Source: Aquincola sp. (GTDB taxonomy: Bacteria; Pseudomonadota; Gammaproteobacteria; Burkholderiales; Burkholderiaceae_C). From it: 40,933 nt of DNA. The stretch lies in NCBI GenBank assembly GCA_029884035.1, contig JAOUIM010000001.1:1-40933 (forward strand), in the 5' to 3' direction. Under the pieces are notes generated by a model. It was not told where the DNA came from. It ran no database searches and was given only the letters and a program-made list of their open reading frames with translations. Positions 8,875-21,585 of the stretch are shown piece by piece; position 1 is the stretch's first letter; each line of letters opens with the position of its first letter. Position numbers and translations under genes: made by a program.

Positions 8875-10203
8875 ATGTCAGGCACTCCAGTCGTCAGGAC
8901 GTTGCGGGCCATTCCCGGCGCCGGCTGCGACTCGATGCTGCTCAACCTGAGCGGCGCGCACGGCCCCTTCTTTACGCGCAATCTCGTCGTGCTGACTGAC
9001 AGCGCGGGCTGCACCGGCGTCGGTGAGGTGCCGGGCGGCGAAAAGATCCGCCAGACCCTCGAGGACGCAGCGCCGCTGGTGGTGGGCCAGAGCATCGGCA
9101 ACGTGCAGGCGGTGCTGCGCACGTTGCAGCAGGCGTTTGCCGACCGCGATGCCGGCGGACGCGGGCTGCAGACCTTCGACCTGCGCACCGCGATCCACGC
9201 GGCCACCGCGATCGAGTCGGCGCTGCTCGATCTGCTGGGCCAGCACCTGGGCGTGCCGGTGGCGGCGTTGCTCGGCGAAGGTCAGCAGCGCGAGTCGGTC
9301 GAGATGCTCGGCTACCTGTTCTACATCGGCGACCGCAAGAAGACCAACCTGCCGTACCGCGAGGAGCCGAATGCCGACGGCGACTGGTTGCGCATCAGAC
9401 ACGAGACCGCGCTGACCCCTGCGACAATCGTGCGGCTGGCCGAGGCGGCGCGCGAGCGCTACGGCTTCAACGACTTCAAGCTCAAGGGCGGCGTTCTGCG
9501 CGGCGAGGAAGAGATCGAGGCGATCGTCGCCCTGCATGACCGTTTTCCCAGCGCACGCATCACGCTCGATCCGAACGGCGGCTGGCTGCTCAAGGACGCC
9601 ATCCGACTGATGCGCGGCATGCACGGCATCGTCGCCTATGCCGAGGACCCTTGTGGCGCCGAAGGCGGCTTCTCGGGTCGCGAGGTGATGGCCGAATTCC
9701 GTCGCGCGACCGGGCTGCCGACCGCCACGAACATGATCGCCACCGACTGGCGGCAGCTGGTGCACGCGCTGAGCCTGCAGAGCGTGGACATTCCGTTGGC
9801 CGACCCGCATTTCTGGACCATGGCCGGCAGCGTGCGCGTCGCGCAGACCTGCCGCGACTGGGGCTTGACCTGGGGCTCGCACTCCAACAACCACTTCGAT
9901 GTGTCGCTGGCGATGTTCACGCATGTCGGCGCGGCGGCGCCGGGCCGCGTGACCGCGATCGACACGCACTGGATCTGGCAGGACGGGCAGCGCCTGACGA
10001 AGGAGCCGTTGCGCATCGAGGACGGCCATGTGCAGGTACCGAGCAAGCCGGGTCTGGGCATCGAGCTCGACATGGCCGAGGTCGAGAAGGCGCACGCGCT
10101 CTACAAGCAGCATGGCCTGGGTGCGCGCGACGACGCCACGGCGATGCAATACCTGATCCCGGGCTGGCGCTTCGACCCGAAGCGACCGTGCCTGGTCCGC
10201 TGA
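8875..10203 (+). CDS. gudD: Glucarate dehydratase (enolase superfamily)
   Basis: Near-colinear similarity to E. coli GudD as recalled ([104 protein letters not shown]). Confidence 0.95.
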   Translation: MSGTPVVRTLRAIPGAGCDSMLLNLSGAHGPFFTRNLVVLTDSAGCTGVGEVPGGEKIRQTLEDAAPLVVGQSIGNVQAVLRTLQQAFADRDAGGRGLQTFDLRTAIHAATAIESALLDLLGQHLGVPVAALLGEGQQRESVEMLGYLFYIGDRKKTNLPYREEPNADGDWLRIRHETALTPATIVRLAEAARERYGFNDFKLKGGVLRGEEEIEAIVALHDRFPSARITLDPNGGWLLKDAIRLMRGMHGIVAYAEDPCGAEGGFSGREVMAEFRRATGLPTATNMIATDWRQLVHALSLQSVDIPLADPHFWTMAGSVRVAQTCRDWGLTWGSHSNNHFDVSLAMFTHVGAAAPGRVTAIDTHWIWQDGQRLTKEPLRIEDGHVQVPSKPGLGIELDMAEVEKAHALYKQHGLGARDDATAMQYLIPGWRFDPKRPCLVR

Positions 10204-10214
10204 GAGGAACCGAG

Positions 10215-10973
10215 ATGAGAGACAACAAGCTGCGCTCGCTGTGGGCCGAGAAGAAGGCTGCCGTCAACGGCTGGCTCGCGATTCCCAACAGTTTCGCTGC
10301 CGAGGTGATGGCACATCAGGGCTGGGACACGCTGACGATCGATATGCAGCACGGGCTGATCGATGACGCGGCGCTGGTGACGATGCTGCAGGCGATCCAG
10401 GCCACGCCGACGATGCCCATCGTGCGCGTACCCTGGCTCGAGCCCAGCATCGTGATGAAGGCGCTCGACGCCGGCGCGCAGACCCTCATCTGCCCGATGG
10501 TCAACACGCGCGACGACGCGCAGCGCCTCGTGTCGTACACCCGCTACGCGCCCCAGGGCGCGCGCAGCTTCGGCCCGGTGCGCGCGGGCATGGTGCATGG
10601 CGTCGACTACGCGGAAAAGGCCAATGCCAACACGCTGGTGTTCGCGATGATCGAAACCAAGCAGGCGCTGGACAACCTCGACGCGATCTGCTCGGTCGAA
10701 GGCATCGATGCGGTCTACATCGGTCCCTCGGATCTGTCGCTGTCGCTCGGTTGCCGGCCGGTCTTCGACGATGTCGACCCGCCCGTCGCGCAGGCGATCG
10801 ACCACATCCTCGCTCGCGCCCATGCGCACGGCATCCGGGCAGGCGTGCACAACGGCCGCACCGACGTGGCCCGCGCGCGCATCGCCAAGGGCTTCGATTT
10901 CGTGACCGTGAGCTCGGACGCACGCATCCTGATCGCCGGCTCGCAGCAGATCCTGAAGGAAATGCGCGCATGA
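10215..10973 (+). CDS. HpcH/HpaI-family aldolase (2-dehydro-3-deoxyglucarate aldolase-like)
   Basis: 252 aa. GAGGAA RBS, 11 nt after the gudD stop. Family blocks present: DMQHG, IVRVP, YAPQGARS, AMIET, YIGPSDLS. Confidence 0.85.
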   Translation: MRDNKLRSLWAEKKAAVNGWLAIPNSFAAEVMAHQGWDTLTIDMQHGLIDDAALVTMLQAIQATPTMPIVRVPWLEPSIVMKALDAGAQTLICPMVNTRDDAQRLVSYTRYAPQGARSFGPVRAGMVHGVDYAEKANANTLVFAMIETKQALDNLDAICSVEGIDAVYIGPSDLSLSLGCRPVFDDVDPPVAQAIDHILARAHAHGIRAGVHNGRTDVARARIAKGFDFVTVSSDARILIAGSQQILKEMRA

Positions 10974-11292
10974 GCACCCGCTGACTCGGACTCATCGACC
11001 CCGGTGAGGTGAGTGCGTCGATGGCGGGCCATCAGCGCCGCGCCTGGCACCCGCTGCTTGTCGCGATGCGCGGCGCCGCGGCGCGGATGACGCTGGCCAA
11101 GCAGGCAGTCGTCAAACCCTAGACAAAGCGGCCGAGTCGATGGCGGATGCCAGCGTTCTGTGACGGTGTGTAAGCCGCCAACGATTGGAGTGAACTCATC
11201 AGTTCAAAGGTGATCTTTGGAGTCTGCCGCGGGTCGACAGGCCCGGCGCGGCAAGCACTCATCCAACCATTCCATCCCAAGGAGTACTCGCC

Positions 11293-11745
11293 ATGAAGAA
11301 GTTCCTGATCGCAGCTGCGGTCGTTGCAGCCAGCATTTCCGCGCAGGCCAAGGACATCGTCGACACCGCCGTGTCGGCGGGCAACTTCAAGACGCTGGCC
11401 ACCGCGCTGCAGGCAGCCGGACTGGTCGACACGCTCAAGGGCGCGGGCCCGTTCACGGTCTTTGCCCCGACTGACGAAGCGTTCGCCAAGGTGCCCAAGG
11501 CCGATCTGGACGCGCTGCTGAAGGACAAGGCCAGGCTCACTGCGGTGCTGACCTACCACGTCGTGCCGGGCAAGGTCTTGGCCGCCGACGTGAAAGCCGG
11601 CTCGGTCAAGACGGTCAACGGCAAGGCGCTGACCGTTGCCACCATGGGTGGCGTCACGGTCGACAACGCGAAGGTCACGGCCACCGACATCATGGCCAGC
11701 AACGGCGTCATCCACGTCATCGACACCGTCGTGATCCCGAAGTAA
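11293..11745 (+). CDS. Fasciclin (FAS1) domain protein, secreted
   Basis: AAGGAG RBS and a signal peptide. FAS1 blocks present: [34 protein letters not shown]. Confidence 0.9.
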   Translation: MKKFLIAAAVVAASISAQAKDIVDTAVSAGNFKTLATALQAAGLVDTLKGAGPFTVFAPTDEAFAKVPKADLDALLKDKARLTAVLTYHVVPGKVLAADVKAGSVKTVNGKALTVATMGGVTVDNAKVTATDIMASNGVIHVIDTVVIPK

Positions 11746-11763
11746 GTCTGACGGCGCCGTCGC

Positions 11764-14649
<2,886 letters not shown>

Positions 14650-14676
14650 AGCGTCGCCCCACACCAAGAGAGAACC

Positions 14677-16185
14677 ATGATGCTCAAGAAACTCTTCGCT
14701 TCGCTCGCGCTCGGCGTGGCCGTGCTCGGCTATTCCGGCACGGGCCTGGCTCAGACCCCGGCGGCGCCTGCGGCGGCCGCAGCCGCTGAAGCGGCGTCGG
14801 CACCCGCGGCCGCACCGGCTGCTGCCGCTGTGGCCCCCACGGAGGCCGCCTCAGCGGCCGCGGCGACGCCGCCGACGCCCAACAAGGGCGACACCGCCTG
14901 GATGACGGTGGCCACGGCGCTCGTGATCCTGATGACGATTCCAGGTCTTGCGCTGTTCTACGGCGGCCTGGTCCGCAGCAAGAACATGCTGTCGGTGCTG
15001 ATGCAGGTAATGATGGTGTTCTCCCTCATCACCGTGCTTTGGGTGGTCTACGGCTACTCGTTGGCGTTCTCGGCAGGCAACCCGTTCTTCGGCACGCTCG
15101 GCAAGCTGTTCCTCAAGGGCGTGACGCCCGACAGCCTGGCGGCAACGTTCAGCAAGGGCGTCTACCTCCCCGAGCTCACCTTCGTTGCGTTCCAGGGTAC
15201 GTTTGCGGCCATCACCACCTGCCTGATCGTCGGTGCGTTTGCCGAACGCATGAAGTTCTCGGCCGTGCTGATGTTCTCCGCGCTGTGGTTCACGTTCGCC
15301 TACATCCCGATCGCGCACATGGTGTGGTACTGGGACGGCCCTGACGCGATCACCGATGCCAAGTCGCTCGAGGCGGTGACGGCCGCGGCCGGGTTCATGT
15401 GGCAGAAGGGCGCGCTCGACTTCGCCGGGGGCACCGTCGTGCACATCAACGCCGCGATCGCGGGCCTGGCAGGCGCCTTCCTGCTGGGCAAGCGCATCGG
15501 CTATGGCAAGGAGGCGATGGCGCCACACAACCTGCCGATGACGATGATCGGCGCCTCGCTGCTGTGGGTGGGCTGGTTCGGCTTCAACGCCGGCTCCAAC
15601 CTCGAGGCCAACGGCCTGGCAGCGCTCGCTTTCCTGAACACCGTCGTTGCCACCGCGGTGGCGGCGCTGGCCTGGTCGGCGGGTGAAGCGCTGATGCGCG
15701 GCAAGGCCTCGATGCTGGGCGCGGCATCCGGCGCGGTGGCGGGCCTGGTGGCGATCACGCCGGCCTGCGGCTTCGTTGGCGTGGGGGGCGCGATGGTGAT
15801 CGGCCTGGTGGCCGGCCTGCTGTGCCTGTGGGGCGTCAACGGCCTGAAGCGCCTGCTCGGCGCCGATGACTCGCTGGACGTTTTCGGCGTGCACGGCGTG
15901 GGGGGCATTGCCGGTGCCCTGCTCACCGGCGTGTTCGCGGCGCCCAGCCTCGGCGGCACCGGTATCTGCGATTACGTCACCAACAAGTGCGGCGAATGGG
16001 GCAGCATCGGCGCTCAGGTGTGGGTGCAGGCGCAGGGCGTGTTCTGGACCGTCGTGATCTCCGGGATCGTGGCTGTGATCGCCTACAAGATCGTCGACCT
16101 CACGATCGGCCTGCGCGTCAGCGAAGAAGCCGAACGCGAAGGCCTGGACATCACCTCGCACGGCGAGACGGCGTACAGCAAGTAG
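14677..16185 (+). CDS. amtB: Ammonium transporter
   Basis: Amt-family TM core (FAGGTVVHINAAIAGLAGA, WVGWFGFNAGS, LDVFGVHGVGGI). Signal peptide followed by an Ala/Pro-rich linker. Confidence 0.95.
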   Translation: MMLKKLFASLALGVAVLGYSGTGLAQTPAAPAAAAAAEAASAPAAAPAAAAVAPTEAASAAAATPPTPNKGDTAWMTVATALVILMTIPGLALFYGGLVRSKNMLSVLMQVMMVFSLITVLWVVYGYSLAFSAGNPFFGTLGKLFLKGVTPDSLAATFSKGVYLPELTFVAFQGTFAAITTCLIVGAFAERMKFSAVLMFSALWFTFAYIPIAHMVWYWDGPDAITDAKSLEAVTAAAGFMWQKGALDFAGGTVVHINAAIAGLAGAFLLGKRIGYGKEAMAPHNLPMTMIGASLLWVGWFGFNAGSNLEANGLAALAFLNTVVATAVAALAWSAGEALMRGKASMLGAASGAVAGLVAITPACGFVGVGGAMVIGLVAGLLCLWGVNGLKRLLGADDSLDVFGVHGVGGIAGALLTGVFAAPSLGGTGICDYVTNKCGEWGSIGAQVWVQAQGVFWTVVISGIVAVIAYKIVDLTIGLRVSEEAEREGLDITSHGETAYSK

Positions 16186-16213
16186 GGCCCCCGCGCCGCT
16201 GGATCTCCGAGTT

Positions 16214-16243
16214 GGGGCCGCCGAAGGGCGGCCCCTTTTTGTT
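16214..16243 (+). terminator. Rho-independent terminator after amtB
   Basis: GGGGCCGCC-gaag-GGCGGCCCC (9-bp perfect stem) followed by TTTTTGTTG, about 29 nt after the amtB stop. Confidence 0.8.
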
Positions 16244-16316
16244 GTCCCGAACCGCGAGGCCCTGTGTTTTCTTGCATGCGGCACCATCTCGATGAAACTG
16301 ACAGAATGAGCGAACC

Positions 16317-17612
16317 ATGGTCCCGCATCTCATCACCGCCCTGACCGGGCCGATCAACGAACTCGAGGCGCGCATCCTGGAGTCGATGCCGGCGATCGAG
16401 CGCTGGTTCCGGCTCGAATGGATGGAGCACACGCCGCCGTTCTACACCTCGGTCGACGTACGCAACGCCGGCTTCAAGCTCGCGCCGGTGGACACCAACC
16501 TTTTTCCCAACGGCTTCAACAACCTCACACCCGAGATGCTGCCGCTGGCGGTGCAGGCGGCGATGGCGGCGATCGAGAAGATCTGCCCCGAGGCGAAGAA
16601 CCTGCTGCTGATCCCCGAGAAGCACACCCGCAACACCTTCTACCTGCAAAACGTGGCGCGGCTGTCGCAGATCTTCCATCAGGCTGGGCTCAATGTGCGC
16701 CTGGGCACGCTCGACCCCGAAGTCAAGGCGCCGACCACGCTGTCGTTGCCCGACGGCGGCACGCTCGTGGTCGAGCCGCTCGTGCGCAGCAAGCATCGGC
16801 TGGGGACCAAGGACTTCGATCCGTGCACCATTCTCCTGAACAACGACCTCTCGGCCGGCATCCCGAAGGTGCTCGAGAACTTGCACGAACAGTACCTGCT
16901 GCCGCCGCTGCACGCTGGCTGGGCGGTGCGGCGCAAGAGCAACCACTTCCAGAGCTACGAGGAGGTGGCCAAGAAGTTCGCCAAGCTGCTTGGCATGGAC
17001 CCGTGGCTGATCAATCCGCTGTTCGGACAGTGCGGCGAGGTCAATTTCGCCGAGGAGTCCGGGCTCGAGTGCGTGCAAAGCAATGCCGACGCGCTGTTGG
17101 CAAAGATCCGGCGCAAGTACAAGGAATACGGCATCAACGAAAAACCCTTCGTCGTGGTCAAGGCCGACAACGGCACTTACGGCATGGGCATCATGACCGT
17201 GCGCGACGCGAAGGAACTCGACGCCGTCAACCGCCGAACCAAGAACAAGATGAGCGTGATCAAGGAAGGCCAGGCCGTCACGCAAGTCATCATCCAGGAG
17301 GGCGTGCCGACCTACGAGCGCGTCAATGACGCGGTAGCCGAGCCGGTGGTCTACATGCTCGACCGCTACGTCGTCGGCGGCTTTTACCGCGTGCATGCCG
17401 AGCGTGGCATCGACGAGAACCTCAACGCGCCCGGGGCGTCGTTCGTACCACTCGCGTTCGACGAGAGCACGCAGTTGCCACGGCCTGGTGCAAAGCCAGG
17501 GGCCAGTGCGCCGAACCGCTTCTACATGTACGGCGTGATCGGGCGGCTCGCCATGCTGGCCGCGGCCTACGAGCTCGAAGCGACCGATCCCGACGCGGAG
17601 ATCTACGAGTAA
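16317..17612 (+). CDS. gshA: Glutamate--cysteine ligase (betaproteobacterial type)
   Basis: 431 aa. The N-terminus MVPHLITALTGPI...WFRLEWMEHTPPFYTSVDVRNAGFKLAPVDTNLFP matches the beta/gamma-proteobacterial GshA group as I recall it. Confidence 0.9.
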   Translation: MVPHLITALTGPINELEARILESMPAIERWFRLEWMEHTPPFYTSVDVRNAGFKLAPVDTNLFPNGFNNLTPEMLPLAVQAAMAAIEKICPEAKNLLLIPEKHTRNTFYLQNVARLSQIFHQAGLNVRLGTLDPEVKAPTTLSLPDGGTLVVEPLVRSKHRLGTKDFDPCTILLNNDLSAGIPKVLENLHEQYLLPPLHAGWAVRRKSNHFQSYEEVAKKFAKLLGMDPWLINPLFGQCGEVNFAEESGLECVQSNADALLAKIRRKYKEYGINEKPFVVVKADNGTYGMGIMTVRDAKELDAVNRRTKNKMSVIKEGQAVTQVIIQEGVPTYERVNDAVAEPVVYMLDRYVVGGFYRVHAERGIDENLNAPGASFVPLAFDESTQLPRPGAKPGASAPNRFYMYGVIGRLAMLAAAYELEATDPDAEIYE

Positions 17613-17624
17613 CGGTTCCGCGGG

Positions 17625-18143
17625 TCAGGAACGATCGAGCGCGGCCCGCCAGGCCTTGATCGCTGGATCAATCACCTCGCGTCGTGCGAGGCTCTGCGCG
17701 GGCCACACCTTCTCGCGGTCGTAGTACTCGGGCACCGAAAGCATGCCGGGAGGGATCACCATCCAGGGCTGCTTCGATGCGGTGAAGATGTGGATGTCCG
17801 GTGGCAGGCGGTCAGGTTCGTCGAGCGTGCCCACGCGCACGAAGCTCACGAAGGGGCCGGCGCTCGCGTAGTGGCTCCACAGTGCGATCCTGCACCTGGG
17901 GCATCGCGCGATCTGCTGGCCGGCTCCGCTCGCGCTCGGTGTGTCCACGAGCTCCGGTTCGGCGGCAAGACGTGTGACGCGGTCGCTCTCGATCATTGCA
18001 TTGAGCGCGAACGACGCGCCGCTTTCCCGCTGGCACCAGCGACAGTGGCAGCAGTGCACGAAGAGCGGGCGTGATTCCAGGCGGTACCGGATCTGGCGGC
18101 AGTCGCAGCCGCCCTGCAGAGGAAACGCCGTTTTGGTGTCCAT
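17625..18143 (-). CDS. GFA-family (glutathione-dependent formaldehyde-activating / CENP-V-like) zinc protein
   Basis: Cys pattern GGCDCRQIRY ... CHCRWCQRESG ... CPRC. I chose ATG 18143, giving 172 aa. Confidence 0.85.
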   Translation of the reverse strand: MDTKTAFPLQGGCDCRQIRYRLESRPLFVHCCHCRWCQRESGASFALNAMIESDRVTRLAAEPELVDTPSASGAGQQIARCPRCRIALWSHYASAGPFVSFVRVGTLDEPDRLPPDIHIFTASKQPWMVIPPGMLSVPEYYDREKVWPAQSLARREVIDPAIKAWRAALDRS

Positions 18144-18331
18144 GGTCGTCAGCCCTTCGATGCTGCGTCCTGCTCGCCCCCTGCAGCACCATGCTTGCCG
18201 CAGGCGGCGAGCATCTCGTGATCGGCGGCCCGCCCGCGGGGCGCACGCGAGGACCGATTCTTCCACGCCACGCGCACAATGCCGTTCAGAAGAACACATG
18301 CGCGGCCGCGCCCTGAGCCGCGGACGACTCC

Positions 18332-20218
18332 GTGAGCGCTGCTGCCGCCTCCTCTCGCACACCGGCCGCCCTGGCCGCCTTGACGCTGGCCGCGCTCGGC
18401 GTGGTCTATGGCGACATCGGGACCAGCCCGCTGTACGCGCTCAAGGAGATCTTCCACGGCGGCCACGTCGCGACCACGCCGGCCAACATCCTGGGCGTGC
18501 TGTCGCTGGTGTTCTGGACACTCACGATCGTCATTTCGCTCAAGTACGTGCTGCTGATCCTGCGCGCCGACAACAACGGCGAGGGCGGACTGATCGCGAT
18601 GTTGGCGCTGGCCACGAACGCGGTGCGCGACAGGCCGGTGTTGCGCCGCGGCCTGATGACCGTGGGGCTGTTCGGCACGGCCGTGTTCTACGGCGACGGC
18701 GTCATCACGCCAGCGATCTCGGTGCTGTCCGCCGTCGAGGGCCTCGAGGTCGCGGCCCCTGCGCTGCATCAATGGGTGATACCCGCCACGCTGGTCGTGC
18801 TGACGGCGCTGTTCGCGGTGCAACGCTTTGGCACCGGCGGCATCGGCAAGTGGTTCGGACCGATCACGCTGCTGTGGTTCGCGGTGCTCGTCGCGCTCGG
18901 GGTGCCGCACATTGCGGCGCACCCGGGGGTGCTGGTGGCGCTGAACCCGGCGCACGCACTTGCGTTCGCCACGTCGCAGCCGGCGGTCGCCTTTGTCGGA
19001 CTGGGCGCGGTGGTTCTCGTCGTCACCGGCGGCGAGGCGCTGTACGCCGACCTCGGGCACTTCGGCAAGCTGCCGATCCGCATCGCCTGGTACGGGCTCG
19101 TGATGCCCGCGCTGGTGGTCAACTACTTCGGCCAGGGCGCGCTGCTGCTGTCCGATCCGGCCGCGGTCGACAACCCGTTCTACCTGATGGCGCCGGCCTG
19201 GGCGCGCCTGCCGCTGGTGTTCCTTGCCACCGCGGCGACGGTGATCGCTTCGCAGGCGCTGATCTCGGCGGCGTTCTCGGTCACCAAGCAGGCGATGCAG
19301 CTGGGCATCCTGCCGCGCATGGCAGTGCAGCACACCTCGGTGCGCGACACCGGACAGATCTACGTGCCATTCGTCAACTGGGGGCTGTATGTCTTCATCG
19401 TGCTGGCGGTGGTCATGTTCAAGTCCTCGTCTAATCTCGCGTCGGCGTACGGCATCGCGGTCACGCTGGACATGACGATCACCACGGTGATGACCTTCTT
19501 CGTCATCCGCTACGGTTGGCGCTACCCGCTCGCGCTGTGCGTTGCCGCCACCGGCTTCTTCTTCGCGATCGACGTCGTGTTCTTCGCCTCGAATCTCCTG
19601 AAGTTGCTGCATGGCGGCTGGTTCCCGATCGTGATCGGCGTTGGCATGTTCACGCTCATGCTGACTTGGACCCAGGGTCGCAGGCTGCTGTCGACCAAGA
19701 TGCGCGACGATGCGATCCCGCTCGGCGACTTCATCACGGCCATCTTCGTCAGTCCGCCCGCGCGCGCCGACGGAACCGCGGTGTTCCTGACCTCGGAGCC
19801 GGGCATTACGCCCAACGCACTCATGCACAATCTGAAGCACAACAAGGTGCTGCACGAGTACAACCTGTTCGTCAACGTGCAGCAGCACGACGTGCCCTGG
19901 ATCGGGTTCGACCGTCGGGTGGAGATGTCACCGCTCGGCCACGACTGCTGGTCCGTTACCGTCCACTTCGGCTTCAAGAACGACCCCGACGTGCCGGAGG
20001 CGCTGCGCCTGCTCGAAGGCCGGGGCGTGCCGCTCGACGACATGCAGACCAGCTACTTTCTGAGCCGAGACATCGTGATCCCGACCTTCGGCGGTGGCAT
20101 GGCGCTGTGGCGAGAGAAGCTGTTCGCTTCGATGCACCGAAACGCCACCGCGGCGGCCGACTTCCTCAACTTGCCGACCAACCGCGTGGTCGAGCTGGGC
20201 GCCAAGGTGCAGATCTAG
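18332..20218 (+). CDS. kup: KUP/HAK/KT-family potassium transporter
   Basis: [18 protein letters not shown] signature, polytopic membrane domain and a C-terminal cytoplasmic domain. GTG start. Confidence 0.95.
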   Translation: MSAAAASSRTPAALAALTLAALGVVYGDIGTSPLYALKEIFHGGHVATTPANILGVLSLVFWTLTIVISLKYVLLILRADNNGEGGLIAMLALATNAVRDRPVLRRGLMTVGLFGTAVFYGDGVITPAISVLSAVEGLEVAAPALHQWVIPATLVVLTALFAVQRFGTGGIGKWFGPITLLWFAVLVALGVPHIAAHPGVLVALNPAHALAFATSQPAVAFVGLGAVVLVVTGGEALYADLGHFGKLPIRIAWYGLVMPALVVNYFGQGALLLSDPAAVDNPFYLMAPAWARLPLVFLATAATVIASQALISAAFSVTKQAMQLGILPRMAVQHTSVRDTGQIYVPFVNWGLYVFIVLAVVMFKSSSNLASAYGIAVTLDMTITTVMTFFVIRYGWRYPLALCVAATGFFFAIDVVFFASNLLKLLHGGWFPIVIGVGMFTLMLTWTQGRRLLSTKMRDDAIPLGDFITAIFVSPPARADGTAVFLTSEPGITPNALMHNLKHNKVLHEYNLFVNVQQHDVPWIGFDRRVEMSPLGHDCWSVTVHFGFKNDPDVPEALRLLEGRGVPLDDMQTSYFLSRDIVIPTFGGGMALWREKLFASMHRNATAAADFLNLPTNRVVELGAKVQI

Positions 20219-20501
20219 GAGGAACAGGCTGGAGACGTCTGGCACCGCCAGGGGCGAGATCAGCCCAGCATGCAGTCCATTAAGTCACGAACAGTCACTT
20301 GGATCGAGTGCGCGCGAGCCCCGGGATTCTTAAGAGGGAACAAGAATGTCGCAACCGCAACACGCGTCGCAGCAGGCAGTCAAGGGAACGGGCAACGCAG
20401 GCACATTGCGGTGATGCCTCCGAGAAAGGCATCGAAGAGGCCGTGTGCTGACCGCGCGCCCGGCGATCGACCCTCGGGCGCCCTCTCGAGAGGAGCGTGC
20501 C

Positions 20502-20852
20502 ATGAATTCCTCCGACTACGCCGCCGTTCAAGACGCGCTGGTGCGCATGGTCGTCCCGATGCGCCGCGAATTCGGCGTCGCGGTGGACGTGCGGCGTATG
20601 CGCTGCGACATGATCTACGCGCAGTTCATCGTGTCCCAGGCGCTCACCAGCCAGACACAGCCCCTGCACGACAGCGCTTGTCTGGTGGATCGGTGCCTTC
20701 GCGCCGCAGCCGCGCGGTCGGCATCGCCCGACAGCGCGGCCGCGGTCACCGTTCGTCGAGAAATTGCCGTCGAAGATGCCGCTCAGCGGCACCCGTTGGC
20801 AGCGTTGATCGAGTCGTTCGCGAGACGCGCGGCGATCAGGCGCGGTTCTTGA
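20502..20852 (+). CDS. Hypothetical small protein (116 aa)
   Basis: GAGGAG RBS 6 nt upstream of the ATG. Codon third positions are G/C-rich like the neighbouring genes. No family recognised. Shares a short motif with ORF 32646-33002. Confidence 0.45.
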   Translation: MNSSDYAAVQDALVRMVVPMRREFGVAVDVRRMRCDMIYAQFIVSQALTSQTQPLHDSACLVDRCLRAAAARSASPDSAAAVTVRREIAVEDAAQRHPLAALIESFARRAAIRRGS

Positions 20853-21585
20853 TCTGCGACCCCTCGACGGTGACCTTCTGACCGACCGTGGGTGCGGTCG
20901 CCTGCGTGATCGTGCGCACCGTCCCGTCCTGCATTCGCACGGTGACCTGGTATTGGGTCGTCGCGCGAGCGTTCTTCTCGATCGCATTGCCGGCCACGCC
21001 GCCACCGACGGCACCCAGCACCGTCATGGCCTTGCGCCCGTCGCCGCCGCCCATGGCATTGCCGAGCAGACCACCGACGACGGCGCCGCCCACGGCGCCG
21101 ACACCGGTGCCTTCACCCTTCTTCTTGAACGGCGTCACTGCCTCCACGACGCCGCAGTTGGTACAGGCGCTGGCGACTGCGCCGGGTGTGCCTGCGCCGG
21201 CCTTGGCCGTCGTGGCGGGTGCGGTCGCCTTCCGCGCGGCCACCGGTGCGGGCTTGGGTGAAGCGGACTCGGATGACGCAGGCTTCGCTTCGACCTTGGG
21301 CTCCATCTGATCCGGGTAGTCCGCTGGCGCCTGCGGCACGACACTGCCGCCGCTCTTTACCGACTTGGTTTCGCTCATCAGTGTGGCCGCTGTCGCGCTG
21401 TGGCTGTCGGCGACCTCCTTGGAGGCCGGCGAGCGAACCATCAACGTGGTCGCCGCCGCGGTCAGGAGGACCAGGCCAATAGCGCCGCCGACCAGTGCAG
21501 CCGGCCGCGAGAAGGTGTTCGCCAGGGGCGTGCGAGGCGTGCCGCTGGCGTCGGCCGTGGCGTCCAAGGTGCTGCTGTTGTTCAT
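20836..21585 (-). CDS. Membrane-anchored CxxC/glycine-zipper protein (paralog of 111-590)
   Basis: GGGAGAA RBS. One N-terminal TM segment (ALVGGAIGLVLLTAAATTLMV), an Ala/Pro/Lys-rich linker, then CTNCGVVEAV...GAVGGAVVGGLLGN...GAVGGGVAGNAIEK...VTVRMQDGTVRTI. Confidence 0.8.
   Translation of the reverse strand: MNNSSTLDATADASGTPRTPLANTFSRPAALVGGAIGLVLLTAAATTLMVRSPASKEVADSHSATAATLMSETKSVKSGGSVVPQAPADYPDQMEPKVEAKPASSESASPKPAPVAARKATAPATTAKAGAGTPGAVASACTNCGVVEAVTPFKKKGEGTGVGAVGGAVVGGLLGNAMGGGDGRKAMTVLGAVGGGVAGNAIEKNARATTQYQVTVRMQDGTVRTITQATAPTVGQKVTVEGSQIKNRA

Noticed and set aside
11044-11059. TGGCACccgcTGCTTG looked like a sigma-54 promoter upstream of the fasciclin gene
   Set aside because: The GG and GC dinucleotides are 10 nt apart instead of the required 12, and the site is about 250 nt from the ATG.
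11021-11122. 33-codon ORF (MAGHQRRAWHPLLVAMRGAAARMTLAKQAVVKP) in the aldolase-fasciclin spacer
   Set aside because: It has no RBS, an Arg/Ala-rich composition and no recognisable features. It is probably a chance ORF.
11750-11761. Perfect 12-bp palindrome GACGGCGCCGTC between the convergent fasciclin and comM genes, considered as a bidirectional terminator
   Set aside because: The stem would be only 4-5 bp around a minimal loop, and there is no T/A tract on either side. Support is insufficient.
14752-14883. Repetitive Ala/Pro-rich stretch at the 5' end of amtB, considered as a tandem DNA repeat or slippage-prone tract
   Set aside because: It is low-complexity (PAAAAAAEAASAPAAAPAAAAV...) without an exact repeating unit. 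It is best explained as a flexible linker after the signal peptide.
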